Assembly (NCBI GenBank): GCA_051744805.1
Contig: JBNJDK010000005.1
Span: 1-52,382 of the forward strand
Length of the DNA: 52,382 nucleotides
Direction: 5' to 3'
Origin: Bacillota bacterium
GTDB taxonomy: Bacteria > Bacillota > Halanaerobiia > Halanaerobiales > DATFIM01
How positions within the stretch are numbered: the stretch's first letter is position 1; each line of letters starts with the position of its first letter. Positions 27,278 to 37,376 of the stretch are shown here, in pieces. The notes below the pieces were generated by a model. The model worked only from the letters and a program-made list of their open reading frames with translations, was not told where the DNA came from and ran no database searches. The translations under genes and the position numbers were made by a program.

Positions 27278-27886
27278 ATGTATATGTATTTAATTGGTAT
27301 AGCCGGGGGAACAGCTTCTGGAAAGACTACTCTAGCTAATATTTTAAAAAATTCTTTTAAAGATGAGGTTACTATTATAAAACATGATTTTTATTATTAT
27401 GATAAAAGTTATTTTGATGTAGCTGAAGAAGATATAAACTTTGACCACCCTTCATCCTTTGAAACAGAACTTTTAATTGAACATTTGAAAAAATTACGTC
27501 AAGATAAAAAGATTTATCGTCCTAAATATTCTTATAAAACAAATGAAAGACTTAATGAAAAAAAAGAAGTGAAGCCTACTCCAATTGTGATTGTAGAGGG
27601 AATATTAATTTTTCACTATGAAAAATTGTGTGAGATGTTTGATTTAAAAATTTTTGTAGATGCAGATGCAGATATTAGATTATTAAGAAGAATTAGTAGA
27701 GATATTAATAAAAGAGATAGAAGTTTTGAATCTGTAAAAAAACAATATTTATCTACTGTTAAACCAATGCATGAAAAATATGTAGAATCTACTAGATATA
27801 AAGCTGATATTATTATTCCTCATGGTGGTTTAAATGAAATAGCAAATGATTTAATAATGGAAAAAATTACATCAAAGTTATATTAA
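27278..27886 (+). CDS. udk: Uridine kinase
   Basis: IGIAGGTASGKTT, NFDHP, EGIL, RRISRD and ADIIIP.GG.N. Confidence 0.95.
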   Translation: MYMYLIGIAGGTASGKTTLANILKNSFKDEVTIIKHDFYYYDKSYFDVAEEDINFDHPSSFETELLIEHLKKLRQDKKIYRPKYSYKTNERLNEKKEVKPTPIVIVEGILIFHYEKLCEMFDLKIFVDADADIRLLRRISRDINKRDRSFESVKKQYLSTVKPMHEKYVESTRYKADIIIPHGGLNEIANDLIMEKITSKLY

Positions 27887-27906
27887 AAATAAAATAATAA
27901 TGATAT

Positions 27907-27942
27907 AAAATATCCTCTAAAGAAAAAAGAGGATATTTTTTT
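27907..27942 (+). terminator. Intrinsic terminator after udk
   Basis: AAAATATCCTCT / AGAGGATATTTT with T run. Confidence 0.7.
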
Positions 27943-27950
27943 ATATTATT

Positions 27951-27978
27951 GCAGGAAAATAATGTAAACAAAGAGAAA
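27951..27978 (+). promoter_or_regulatory. SigH-like promoter upstream of comEA
   Basis: GCAGGA-18 nt-GAAA. Confidence 0.45.
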
Positions 27979-28010
27979 TATAACAATAATATACAAAAGG
28001 AGGTAATAAA

Positions 28011-28646
28011 ATGAAACAGCTAAAAAGAGAAGAAATAATAATGGTGATTTTGGCTTTAATAATAGGGCTAGTTGTAGGTTATTTTATTTTCAATGGGGGA
28101 AAAGCTGAAAATTTGGTGAGTTCACTGGTTGAGGATTCAAGTCTGGAAGAAAATGAAAATATGATAGTAAATGAGTCAAATGTTAATCTAAAAGAGAATA
28201 ATGATGAAGATTTAAAAGAAATAAAAGTTTATATTACAGGTAGTGTAAAAAATCCAGGTGTTTATAATATGGAGGAGGGAGATAGAATTATTGACCTTTT
28301 TCAAAAAGCTGGTGGGGAATCTATAGGAGCAAATTTAGAAGAAATAAATATGGCTTCTTATTTAAAAGATGGAGAAAAAATATATATTCCCAATCTTTCA
28401 GAAGGAGGAAGTAGTAGGGAAGAAACTATAAATAGTTTTTATGATTCTAATGAAAAAACAAATATTAATTTTGCCACTAAAAGTGAGTTAGAAAAGCTTA
28501 GTGGAATTGGGCCCAGTAAAGCTTCAGCTATTATAAAATATAGAAATGAAAATGGAAATTTCAATAATGTAAAAGACTTAATTAAAGTTAGTGGTATAGG
28601 TCCAGCTACAATGAATAATATTGAAGATGAGGTCTGTGTAAAGTGA
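28011..28646 (+). CDS. comEA: Competence DNA receptor ComEA
   Basis: N-terminal TM, SLBB domain (VYITGSVKNPGVY), helix-hairpin-helix (LSGIGPSKA..II.YR...G.F). Confidence 0.93.
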   Translation: MKQLKREEIIMVILALIIGLVVGYFIFNGGKAENLVSSLVEDSSLEENENMIVNESNVNLKENNDEDLKEIKVYITGSVKNPGVYNMEEGDRIIDLFQKAGGESIGANLEEINMASYLKDGEKIYIPNLSEGGSSREETINSFYDSNEKTNINFATKSELEKLSGIGPSKASAIIKYRNENGNFNNVKDLIKVSGIGPATMNNIEDEVCVK

Positions 28647-30958
28647 ATTTTTTTAAATTTAGACCAATGATATTAGTTTTTGTGTATTTGATAGCTGGAA
28701 TTATTTCTATTTATTTTTTTAATTTTACAGTAATAATAGCAGTTATAGTTTTTCTCCTTTTAATAAGTACTAAAATTGAAAATAAAAAATTTTTATATAT
28801 TTTATTAGTATTTTATTTTATAGGTGTTAGCTTGATTTTGTTTGAGGAATATAAATATAACAGTTCTTTTTCAGTATCAAATTGGAATGGTAAAGAAAAT
28901 TTGCAAATAATTGGAGTAATAAAAGAAGACCTGCAGAATATTAATGGAAACAAAATATATCTTAAACCATTGATTATTAATAATTTAGAGATAAAGTATG
29001 GAAAAATAGAGCTTGATAAAAGATATCTTCCATTTGAAGTTAAAGAAAATGAAATTTATAGTGGTAAATTTTCTTTAAGAGAACCAGCAGGAATAATGAA
29101 TCCAGGAGAGTTTTCTTACAAAGATTTTTTGAAGAAAAAAGAAATTTTTTCAAAAGGTTATTATGAAGATGATCTATCTTATAAAGGCCAAATTGATTTT
29201 GATATAAAAATTTTATTAATAAATATAAAAAAATATATAGTAAATAAAATAGATAAAAATATTTCTTCTCCATATAACAATATTATCAAAGCTCTGTTAT
29301 TAGGTGAAAGAAAAAATCTACCAGAAAAGTGGGAAGAAAAATTTACGTTATCAGGTACAAATCATTTGCTAGCAATTTCTGGTCTTCATATAGGCTTTAT
29401 TTTGATTATTTTGTTGCAACTGACAAAGGTATTTAAAATTTCAAATATAAAATTAAAAAATATATTAATTACTGTAATTTTAATTATCTATATTTTTCTT
29501 ACAGGTTTTAGAGCTTCGGTTTTTAGAGCAGGTATTTTAGCTATTTTTTATTTATGGGCCAAATTTTTTAATAGAGAAGCAGATATTTTTAATATTATAG
29601 CTCTAACTGCTATTATAAATATATTAATTAATCCCTATGCTCCTTTTGAAGTAGGTTTTCAATTAAGTTATATAGTACTATTATCAATTATATTGTGGCA
29701 ACCTCCTCTTAAAAAAGTATTTCACCAATCTTTATCAGTTTCCATTTCAGCTCAGTTAGGTTCTTTAGCAATAACTGCTTATTATTTTAATCTGATTTCT
29801 CCTGTTGGAATAATAACAAATTTATGGGCTATTCCTCTTACAGGATTGATTATTATGATTTCAATTCTTTCTTTATTATTAAGCTTAATTTTTCCGTTTC
29901 TTTTTAATTATTTAAATCTAATATTAAAATTATTGCTGACAATTTTATATGAAGGTATGAAATATACAGCCGACTTTAGTTTTGGAAACTTTGAAATAGC
30001 TACTCCAGATCTATGGTTAGTAATATTATTTTATTTTGTTTTATTTATTTCACCTTTTTTATTTAAAAAAAGAGCTATAAAAATATTGAAAAGAAAAAAT
30101 TATTTTTATAGAAAAATATTTATCATTTTTTTAATTTTAGTACTTGTTTTTAATTTTATTAATAACCCATCTGAAAAACTGGAAATAATATTTTTTTCAG
30201 TAGGGCAGGGGGATAGTATTTTATTGGATTTGCCTACAGGAGAAAAGATATTAATAGATGGAGGAGGAAAAGCAGGAATGAAAAGTGATCAAGGAGAAGT
30301 AGTGTTATTACCTTATCTAAAACATAAAGGTATCAAAAAAATAGATTTAGGTATAATAACCCACTTTGATACTGATCATGCTTTAGGTATAATTTCACTG
30401 TTAAAAGAAAATAAATTAAATGCTCTTTTAATACCTAAAATACATTCAGAAAATCATTTATATCAACAAGCTAATAAATTGGCTGTTGAAAATGGAATAA
30501 AAATATATAAAGGACAAAGAGGTGATTTGATAAAAAATGGAAGGGTTCTTCTTTCAATTATACATCCTTATTTAGAAAATAATTATCTAGCTACAAATAG
30601 GAATAATAATTCTATTGTACTAAAAGTAGATTATTATAATTTTTCTCTTCTTTTAACAGGTGATCTAGAAAAGGAAGGAGAGTTAAGATTAGTAAATTCT
30701 GGTGATGATTTAAAAAGTCAAATACTTAAATTAGGCCATCATGGAAGTAATAGTTCGAGTTCAATGGAATTTTTAGAAAAGGTCAAAGCAAATGAAGCTA
30801 TTATTTCTGTTGGAGAAAATAATTATGGGCATCCGGACAAAGCAGTTATAGATAGAATAAATGAATTTGGTATGAGAAAATGGGTTACAAAAGAAGCAGG
30901 AGCTATAATTATTAAAACAGATGGATATAGTTATAATATAGAAAGCATTAAAAAATAA
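28643..30958 (+). CDS. comEC: DNA internalisation protein ComEC/Rec2
   Basis: NPGEF, HLLAISGLH, GFQLSY; MBL domain VGQGDS, THFDTDH, LLTGD, HHGS and NNYGHP. Confidence 0.95.
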   Translation: MNFFKFRPMILVFVYLIAGIISIYFFNFTVIIAVIVFLLLISTKIENKKFLYILLVFYFIGVSLILFEEYKYNSSFSVSNWNGKENLQIIGVIKEDLQNINGNKIYLKPLIINNLEIKYGKIELDKRYLPFEVKENEIYSGKFSLREPAGIMNPGEFSYKDFLKKKEIFSKGYYEDDLSYKGQIDFDIKILLINIKKYIVNKIDKNISSPYNNIIKALLLGERKNLPEKWEEKFTLSGTNHLLAISGLHIGFILIILLQLTKVFKISNIKLKNILITVILIIYIFLTGFRASVFRAGILAIFYLWAKFFNREADIFNIIALTAIINILINPYAPFEVGFQLSYIVLLSIILWQPPLKKVFHQSLSVSISAQLGSLAITAYYFNLISPVGIITNLWAIPLTGLIIMISILSLLLSLIFPFLFNYLNLILKLLLTILYEGMKYTADFSFGNFEIATPDLWLVILFYFVLFISPFLFKKRAIKILKRKNYFYRKIFIIFLILVLVFNFINNPSEKLEIIFFSVGQGDSILLDLPTGEKILIDGGGKAGMKSDQGEVVLLPYLKHKGIKKIDLGIITHFDTDHALGIISLLKENKLNALLIPKIHSENHLYQQANKLAVENGIKIYKGQRGDLIKNGRVLLSIIHPYLENNYLATNRNNNSIVLKVDYYNFSLLLTGDLEKEGELRLVNSGDDLKSQILKLGHHGSNSSSSMEFLEKVKANEAIISVGENNYGHPDKAVIDRINEFGMRKWVTKEAGAIIIKTDGYSYNIESIKK

Positions 30959-31048
30959 AATTAAAATTTTGAATAAGCCATTTTTATATGGTAATATTAA
31001 AGAAAGAAATTTAATATAAATATTATAATTATAGGAGGTTGAATTAAG

Positions 31049-32056
31049 TTGTCTCAAACTGAAAAAATTTTAAATAAAAAATTAAATGACTTAAATTCAA
31101 TATATTTGATTTATAGTAATGAAAAATATTTATTAGAAGAGTTTAGAAAAAAATTTGAAAATAAATTTGTAGCAAATAATATTAGAGATTTTAACTTGAA
31201 TTATATAGATGATGATAATCCAGATTTTATTCAAAGTTTAAAAAGTAAAACCAAAACTTTACCTACTTTTGCTGAAAAAAGATTTATTATTGCTAACTGT
31301 AAAAATTATTTTCTTCAAAAAAATTCAGGAGATAGTCAATTAATAAAACTATTTAATGATTTTTCTGAGACTACAATTTTATTATTGTTAGTTAAAGGGA
31401 AAATTGATAAAAGACTAAAAGTAAATAAATCAGTTAAAAATAATGGAGTTATTTTAGAATTACAACCTCCTAAATATAAAAATCTTGATAATTGGATTAG
31501 GAAAAAATTCAAAGAAAAGGGTAAGACAATAGATAAAAGAAGTATAAATTTATTGGAAGAAATGTTTTCTAATAATCTTCAATTATTAGAAAAAGAAATA
31601 GAAAAAATAGATAGTTGTTTTTTTGATAAAAAATCAGTTAATAAAAATGATATAAGGAAAATAATAAGTAGAGATAAAACAATGAAAGAAGATGTTATTT
31701 TTTCTTTGACTGATGCTTTGAGTGAAAGGAATAAAGAGAAAGCAATAACTTTATTTAATGAGATGATAAATAATGGTGAAAATCCATTAATGATTCTTAC
31801 TATGATTAAAAGGCAGATTAGATTACTTATTCAAGTTAAAGAATTGAAAGCTAAAGGATATAAATACAAAAAAATAGCTAATATTTTAAAAGAACATCCT
31901 TATCCAATAAAAAAATGTTTTTATCAAGTAGATAATTTCAAATCTGAAGAGCTGGATATATTATTAGAACGTTTTTTAGAAGCCAATATTGATATTTTGA
32001 CGGGAAAATATAAAGAAAAGAAAGTAGCAGTGGAAATGGCAATGCTAAATATTTAA
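31049..32056 (+). CDS. holA: DNA polymerase III subunit delta
   Basis: IYLIY..E.YL, DKR, EIEK and HPYP; canonical comEC-holA-rpsT order; TTG start after GGAGGT. Confidence 0.9.
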   Translation: MSQTEKILNKKLNDLNSIYLIYSNEKYLLEEFRKKFENKFVANNIRDFNLNYIDDDNPDFIQSLKSKTKTLPTFAEKRFIIANCKNYFLQKNSGDSQLIKLFNDFSETTILLLLVKGKIDKRLKVNKSVKNNGVILELQPPKYKNLDNWIRKKFKEKGKTIDKRSINLLEEMFSNNLQLLEKEIEKIDSCFFDKKSVNKNDIRKIISRDKTMKEDVIFSLTDALSERNKEKAITLFNEMINNGENPLMILTMIKRQIRLLIQVKELKAKGYKYKKIANILKEHPYPIKKCFYQVDNFKSEELDILLERFLEANIDILTGKYKEKKVAVEMAMLNI

Positions 32057-32089
32057 AAGGCTTATTCAGGGATGAATAAGCCTTTTTTT
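32055..32089. terminator. Bidirectional terminator between holA and rpsT
   Basis: AAAAGGCTTATTC / GAATAAGCCTTTT with A and T runs on either side. Confidence 0.8.
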
Positions 32090-32099
32090 AAGAATCTAT

Positions 32100-32363
32100 T
32101 TATTTGATTTCATTCAACATTTTAGTGAGACTGGATTTTTTGCGAGCTGCATTGTTTTGATGAAGGATATTATTTTTTACTGCTTTATCAATAACACTTT
32201 TTGTTTCATTCAATTTTTCTTCAGCTTCTTCCACTTTTTTTTCTTCAATTAATTTTTCATAATCTTTAATGGCATTTTTAACTTTATCTTTCCATTGACG
32301 ATTAACTTCTTCTTTCTTTTTTGAACTTCTGACTCTTTTCTTTGCGGATTCAATAATAGGCAT
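32100..32363 (-). CDS. rpsT: 30S ribosomal protein S20
   Basis: MP.I.SAKKR...IDKAV....LH.N.AARKKS; SD AAGGGGGTGA. Confidence 0.95.
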   Translation of the reverse strand: MPIIESAKKRVRSSKKKEEVNRQWKDKVKNAIKDYEKLIEEKKVEEAEEKLNETKSVIDKAVKNNILHQNNAARKKSSLTKMLNEIK

Positions 32364-32445
32364 AAATTTCACCCCCTTATTATTTTAAACACTTTATCTA
32401 TACAATTTATTATATTTCAAAATAAAAACATTTCATACAGATTAT

Positions 32446-32474
32446 ATTTTAACATGTGAATACTATAATTGCAA
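32446..32474 (-). promoter_or_regulatory. Sigma-A-type promoter for rpsT
   Basis: TTGCAA-17 nt-TAAAAT with extended TG on the minus strand. Confidence 0.6.
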
Positions 32475-32499
32475 GGGGAAATGACCATTTTTAGACTTC

Positions 32500-32528
32500 T
32501 TGATTAAGAGGTAGGCTGATGTTATAAT
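32500..32528 (+). promoter_or_regulatory. Sigma-A-type promoter for lepA
   Basis: TTGATT-17 nt-TATAAT with extended TG. Confidence 0.6.
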
Positions 32529-32564
32529 TACTACAGATTAGATTTAACTAAGGAGGATAAGATT

Positions 32565-34349
32565 TTGGAAAGTAAATATATTAGAAATTTTTGTATTATT
32601 GCTCATGTTGATCATGGCAAATCTACTTTAGCAGATAGATTACTTGAATATACAGATACAGTAGCTGATCGTGAAATGCAGGAACAGGTATTAGATAAAA
32701 TGGATTTAGAAAGAGAAAGAGGAATTACTATTAAAGCTCAGGCAGTTAGATTAAAGTATAAAGATTATGAACTTAATTTAATTGATACACCTGGACATGT
32801 GGACTTTTCCTATGAAGTTTCTCGTTCACTTGCTGCCTGTGAAAGTGCATTGCTTGTAATTGATGCAGCACAAGGAGTTGAGGCTCAAACAGTAGCTAAT
32901 ATTTATTTAGCTTTAGAACATGACCTGGAAATTATTCCAATTATAAATAAAATTGATTTACCATCCGCAAAACCGGATTGGGTAAAAGAACAATTAATGG
33001 AAGTTGGTATTGATCCTGAAGAAGCTATATCAGCCAGTGCTAAGGAAGGTACTGGAATAGAAGAAATATTAGAAGCTATTGTTGAGAGGACACCTGCTCC
33101 TTCTGCCAATCACGACAAACCACTTCGAGCATTAGTATTTGACTCATTATATAATTCATATCAGGGAGTTATTGCTTATGTTAGAATAGTTGATGGTAGT
33201 ATTAAAAAAGGGCAAAAAATAAAGATGATGGCTAATGAATATGTTTATGAAGTTGATGAAGTGGGAGTATTCAATCCTGAAATGGTAGAAATAGATAGTC
33301 TGGATTCTGGTGAAGTGGGATATATTATTGCCGGAATCAAGGATGTAAAAAATTGTAGAGTTGGTGATACTGTAACTTTAGCTGAAAATCCAGCCAGTAA
33401 ACCACTACCAGGTTATAAAAAAGTAAAACCCATGGTATATAGTGGACTTTATCCAACTGATAATTCTGATTATGAAGTTTTAAAAGAAGCTATGGAAAAA
33501 TTACAATTAAATGATGCTTCTTTTACCTTTGAACCTGAGACATCAGAAGCACTTGGATTTGGTTTTAGATGTGGTTTTTTAGGATTACTTCATATGGAGA
33601 TAATTCAGGAAAGACTTGAAAGAGAATTTGATTTAAATATTGTAGTTACTGCTCCAAGTGTAGTTTATCAAATAACTAAAGAAAATGGAGAAGAACTTGA
33701 AATAGAAAATCCAGCAGAATTTCCAGATAAAAATGAAATTAAGGAGATAGAAGAACCGTTTGTAGAAGCTGATATTCACTTGCCAGAAGAATATATTGGT
33801 CAGGCGATGAAACTTTGCGAAGATAATAGGGGAATTTTTAATGATATGCAGTATATAGATAAAAGCAGGGTTTCTTTAAAATATGAAATGCCTTTAAGTG
33901 AAATCATTACTGATTTTTTCAATAAATTAAAATCTAAAACAAGAGGTTATGCAACACTTGATTATGATCCTATTGGGTATAGAGTTGCTGATCTTGTTAA
34001 ACTTGATATTCTTGTTAATAAAGAACCAGTTGATGCTTTATCCACAATTGTTCATCGTGACAATGCTGAACCTAAAGGTAGATCACTGGCTCGCAAATTA
34101 AAAGAATTAATTCCAAGACATATGTTTAAAGTTCCTGTTCAGGCTGCTATTGGTAATAATATTGTTGCCAGAGTAACCATACCTGCTCAGAGAAAAGATG
34201 TGTTACAAAAATGTTATGGTGGAGATGTTTCCCGTAAAAGAAAACTACTGGAAAAACAAAAAGAAGGTAAAAAAAGAATGAAGCAGGTTGGTAGTGTAGA
34301 TATACCTCAGGATGCTTTTATGGCTATTTTGGAAAGAGGAGACGACTAA
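32565..34349 (+). CDS. lepA: Elongation factor 4 (LepA)
   Basis: [31 protein letters not shown] and [25 protein letters not shown]. Confidence 0.98.
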   Translation: MESKYIRNFCIIAHVDHGKSTLADRLLEYTDTVADREMQEQVLDKMDLERERGITIKAQAVRLKYKDYELNLIDTPGHVDFSYEVSRSLAACESALLVIDAAQGVEAQTVANIYLALEHDLEIIPIINKIDLPSAKPDWVKEQLMEVGIDPEEAISASAKEGTGIEEILEAIVERTPAPSANHDKPLRALVFDSLYNSYQGVIAYVRIVDGSIKKGQKIKMMANEYVYEVDEVGVFNPEMVEIDSLDSGEVGYIIAGIKDVKNCRVGDTVTLAENPASKPLPGYKKVKPMVYSGLYPTDNSDYEVLKEAMEKLQLNDASFTFEPETSEALGFGFRCGFLGLLHMEIIQERLEREFDLNIVVTAPSVVYQITKENGEELEIENPAEFPDKNEIKEIEEPFVEADIHLPEEYIGQAMKLCEDNRGIFNDMQYIDKSRVSLKYEMPLSEIITDFFNKLKSKTRGYATLDYDPIGYRVADLVKLDILVNKEPVDALSTIVHRDNAEPKGRSLARKLKELIPRHMFKVPVQAAIGNNIVARVTIPAQRKDVLQKCYGGDVSRKRKLLEKQKEGKKRMKQVGSVDIPQDAFMAILERGDD

Positions 34350-34350
34350 A

Positions 34351-35517
34351 ATGCTTAGTAATAAGCAACTTGATTTTTTAGATGAAATCAAAGATGATTT
34401 AGGTTTATATATTCATATTCCCTTTTGTGTTGAAAAATGTTCTTATTGTGATTTTTATTCATTAAAATATAAAAAATCACTCTTTGCTAAATATTTAAAT
34501 TCATTAAAAAAAGAAATAAAGCTATATAGCTCTAATATAAATGCTAAAATAAAAACAATATATTTTGGGGGAGGTACTCCAAGCCTTTTAAGACCAGAAG
34601 ATGTTAAAGAAATTTTGGAAATAATAAAAAAAGACTTTTCAATTTTAAAAAATGTTGAAATTACACTTGAAGCCAATCCAAATTCTTTAAATAAAGAAAA
34701 ATTAAAAGGTTATAAACAGGCAGGAATTAATCGGATGAGTGTTGGAGTTCAGTCTTTTAATGATAAAGAATTGGATAGATTAGGTCGACTTCATAATAGT
34801 AAAAAGGCTAAAAAAACTATAAAAGAAGTAAGTGGAATTTTTTCTAATTATAATTTTGATCTTATATCTGCTATTCCTGAACAGAGCTTTGAAAACTGGA
34901 AAAACAATATTAAATTAGCACTTAAATATGATCCTCCCCATTTATCTCTTTATAATCTTCAGGTTGAGGAAGGAACACTTATTCATAAACAAATTAATAA
35001 TAAGGTTTTAAAGCCAGTTAGTCAGGAAATTGATGCTAAAATGTATCAATATGCTATAAAAAAACTTTCTGAAGCTAATATAAAGCAATACGAAATTTCT
35101 AATTTTAGTAAAGAGGGTTATTTATCAAAACATAATTTAATTTATTGGAAATATGAACCTTATTTAGGATTGGGTCCTTCTGCTCATAGTTTCTCTTCAA
35201 AAACAAGATTTTCAAATTATACTTCCTTAAAAAAATATATAGCTATCTTAAAAGAAAATAAATTACCTTTAAAAAATTATAATAATTTAAGTTTAGAAGA
35301 AAGAATGTCTGAAAAAATATTTTTAGGCTTAAGATTAATGGAAGGTATTAATTTTGAAGATTTTTATCAAACTTTTAATAAGCATATAGATAATGTATAT
35401 GAAGAAGAAATTGAAAAATTGATTTCAAAAGGTTTACTTATTAAAAATAATAAAAATATAAAATTATCTGAGAAAGGAAAATTTTTAGGAAATCAGGTTT
35501 TTCTGGAATTTATTTAG
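34351..35517 (+). CDS. hemW: Radical SAM heme chaperone HemW
   Basis: LYIHIPFC..KC.YCDF, GGGTPS, YEISNF and HN..YW; lepA-hemW-hrcA order. Confidence 0.92.
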   Translation: MLSNKQLDFLDEIKDDLGLYIHIPFCVEKCSYCDFYSLKYKKSLFAKYLNSLKKEIKLYSSNINAKIKTIYFGGGTPSLLRPEDVKEILEIIKKDFSILKNVEITLEANPNSLNKEKLKGYKQAGINRMSVGVQSFNDKELDRLGRLHNSKKAKKTIKEVSGIFSNYNFDLISAIPEQSFENWKNNIKLALKYDPPHLSLYNLQVEEGTLIHKQINNKVLKPVSQEIDAKMYQYAIKKLSEANIKQYEISNFSKEGYLSKHNLIYWKYEPYLGLGPSAHSFSSKTRFSNYTSLKKYIAILKENKLPLKNYNNLSLEERMSEKIFLGLRLMEGINFEDFYQTFNKHIDNVYEEEIEKLISKGLLIKNNKNIKLSEKGKFLGNQVFLEFI

Positions 35518-35527
35518 TTATATTCAT

Positions 35528-35556
35528 TTGACAAAAATAAAGGAATATGTTATTTT
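35528..35556 (+). promoter_or_regulatory. Sigma-A promoter of the hrcA-grpE-dnaK-dnaJ operon
   Basis: TTGACA-17 nt-TATTTT with extended TG, just upstream of CIRCE. Confidence 0.75.
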
Positions 35557-35567
35557 ATTAATAGTTA

Positions 35568-35594
35568 TTAGCACTCAATGTAATCGAGTGCTAA
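35568..35594. promoter_or_regulatory. CIRCE element (HrcA operator)
   Basis: Exact TTAGCACTC-N9-GAGTGCTAA. Confidence 0.98.
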
Positions 35595-35607
35595 CAAAGG
35601 GGTGAAA

Positions 35608-36657
35608 ATGATGGTTGATAATATTAGTGAACGCAAAAAGAAAATTCTGAAGGCCATCATTCAGGAGCATATTCTAACGGCTGAACCAGTTGGGTCTAGA
35701 ACTCTTGCCAAAAATTATGATTTTGGTGTTAGTTCAGCCACTATTAGAAATGAGATGGCGGATCTAGAAGATATGGGTTACCTGAAACAACCACATACTT
35801 CAGCAGGCCGTATACCATCTGATAAAGGATATAGGTTTTATGTAGATGTATTAATGGAACAAAAGAAAGTTATTTCTACTAATTTACAGCGTTCTTTGCA
35901 GAAATTATATAGTGAAGAAAAAGGAGTTAAAGATATCATTTCAGCAACAGTAAAAATGGTATCTAATTTAACTCATTATACAGCTATGGTTAGTGAACCA
36001 CAATTAGAAAAAAGTAAAATAAGAAAGGTTCAGCTATTACAGGTTACCTCTGATTCATTGATGATAATTTTGATAACTGATACTGGTATGGTTAACAACA
36101 AAATCATAAATCTGAACCAGGATCTTTCAACAAAACAAATAAGATATATAAATAATTATTTAGTTGACAAACTTGAAGGTAGAAACCTCCAAGATCTTGA
36201 TAAAGATTTTATGAAAAGGTTGGAGTTAGAATTAGAGAAAAGGATTAATGTTTCAAGAAAATTGATTGACATTATAAATGATGAATTGGAGATTTTAGTA
36301 GAACCAGCGGATTTCCAGATATATCTTGGAGGTACTTCTTATATCCTGGATCAACCTGAATTTAATGATCTGGAAACATTGAAACAAGTTTTAAACATCC
36401 TTGATACCAAAGATACACTCCGACGTTTATTAGGTAGTGTATCTAAAGAAGGTGTAGAGGTTAAAATTGGTCATGAAAATCAGCTTGAAGAAATCCAAAA
36501 TTGTAGTCTTGTCTTTGCTACTTATAGTTTGAATAGTAAAGCTGTAGGTAAAATAGGTGTAATTGGACCTACAAGAATGAAGTATCCTCAGGTTATTTCT
36601 ACAGTTGATTTTGTGGCTGATATGTTAGGTGAAATAATATCTAAATCAAGTAGGTGA
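35608..36657 (+). CDS. hrcA: Heat-inducible transcription repressor HrcA
   Basis: EPVGSR, SSATIRNEMADLE, PHTSAGRIPSDKGYR.YVD and IGPTRM.Y. Confidence 0.98.
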   Translation: MMVDNISERKKKILKAIIQEHILTAEPVGSRTLAKNYDFGVSSATIRNEMADLEDMGYLKQPHTSAGRIPSDKGYRFYVDVLMEQKKVISTNLQRSLQKLYSEEKGVKDIISATVKMVSNLTHYTAMVSEPQLEKSKIRKVQLLQVTSDSLMIILITDTGMVNNKIINLNQDLSTKQIRYINNYLVDKLEGRNLQDLDKDFMKRLELELEKRINVSRKLIDIINDELEILVEPADFQIYLGGTSYILDQPEFNDLETLKQVLNILDTKDTLRRLLGSVSKEGVEVKIGHENQLEEIQNCSLVFATYSLNSKAVGKIGVIGPTRMKYPQVISTVDFVADMLGEIISKSSR

Positions 36658-36663
36658 TATAAA

Positions 36664-37323
36664 ATGACTGATAAAAATACTGAAGAAAAAGAAAATATTA
36701 ATAAAGTAGAGAATGGAGAAGTAGAAGAAGAAAAAATTAAAGAAGATTCTAGTCAATTAGAAAAAGAGGAAAAACAAGAAGAAGTTGAAAAGGAAGAAGA
36801 ATTAGAAAAAGAAGAAGAGAATGATGAAACAGCTTTTGCAGATATGGAAAGAGTTGATTTGATTGAGTATATAAACTCTTTGGAAGAAGAAGTAGCTTCA
36901 TTAGAAGAAGAGAAGGACAAATATTATAATAAGCTACAAAGACTGCAGGCTGATTTTGTTAACTATCGAAATAGAACTAAAAGAGAAAAAGAAAGTATAG
37001 CACTTGAATCTAAAATTGAATTAGTTAATGAAATTTTACCAGTAATTGATAATTTTGAAAGAGCCCTTTCTTCTGAAGGAGAAGAAAATGACTTGAGAAC
37101 TGGTGTGGAAATGATTTATAAGCAATTAATAAATAATCTTAAAAGTCAGGGATTGGAGAAAATTTGTACTGTTGGTGAAGAATTTGATCATAAATATCAT
37201 GAGGCTATTATGCAAGTTGAGGATTGTGAAGAGGATTCAGGTATAATTGTTGAGGAAATGCAAAAAGGTTATTTGATTGAGGATAAAGTTATAAGACCTG
37301 CCATGGTTAAAGTGGCAAAATAA
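36664..37323 (+). CDS. grpE: Nucleotide exchange factor GrpE
   Basis: R.QADF.NYR.R, LPVIDNFERA and KGY....VIRPAMVKV. Confidence 0.97.
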   Translation: MTDKNTEEKENINKVENGEVEEEKIKEDSSQLEKEEKQEEVEKEEELEKEEENDETAFADMERVDLIEYINSLEEEVASLEEEKDKYYNKLQRLQADFVNYRNRTKREKESIALESKIELVNEILPVIDNFERALSSEGEENDLRTGVEMIYKQLINNLKSQGLEKICTVGEEFDHKYHEAIMQVEDCEEDSGIIVEEMQKGYLIEDKVIRPAMVKVAK

Positions 37324-37376
37324 ATAAATTGAATTAATATAAAAATAACAATTAGTTGATAAGGAGGAATGTAAGA

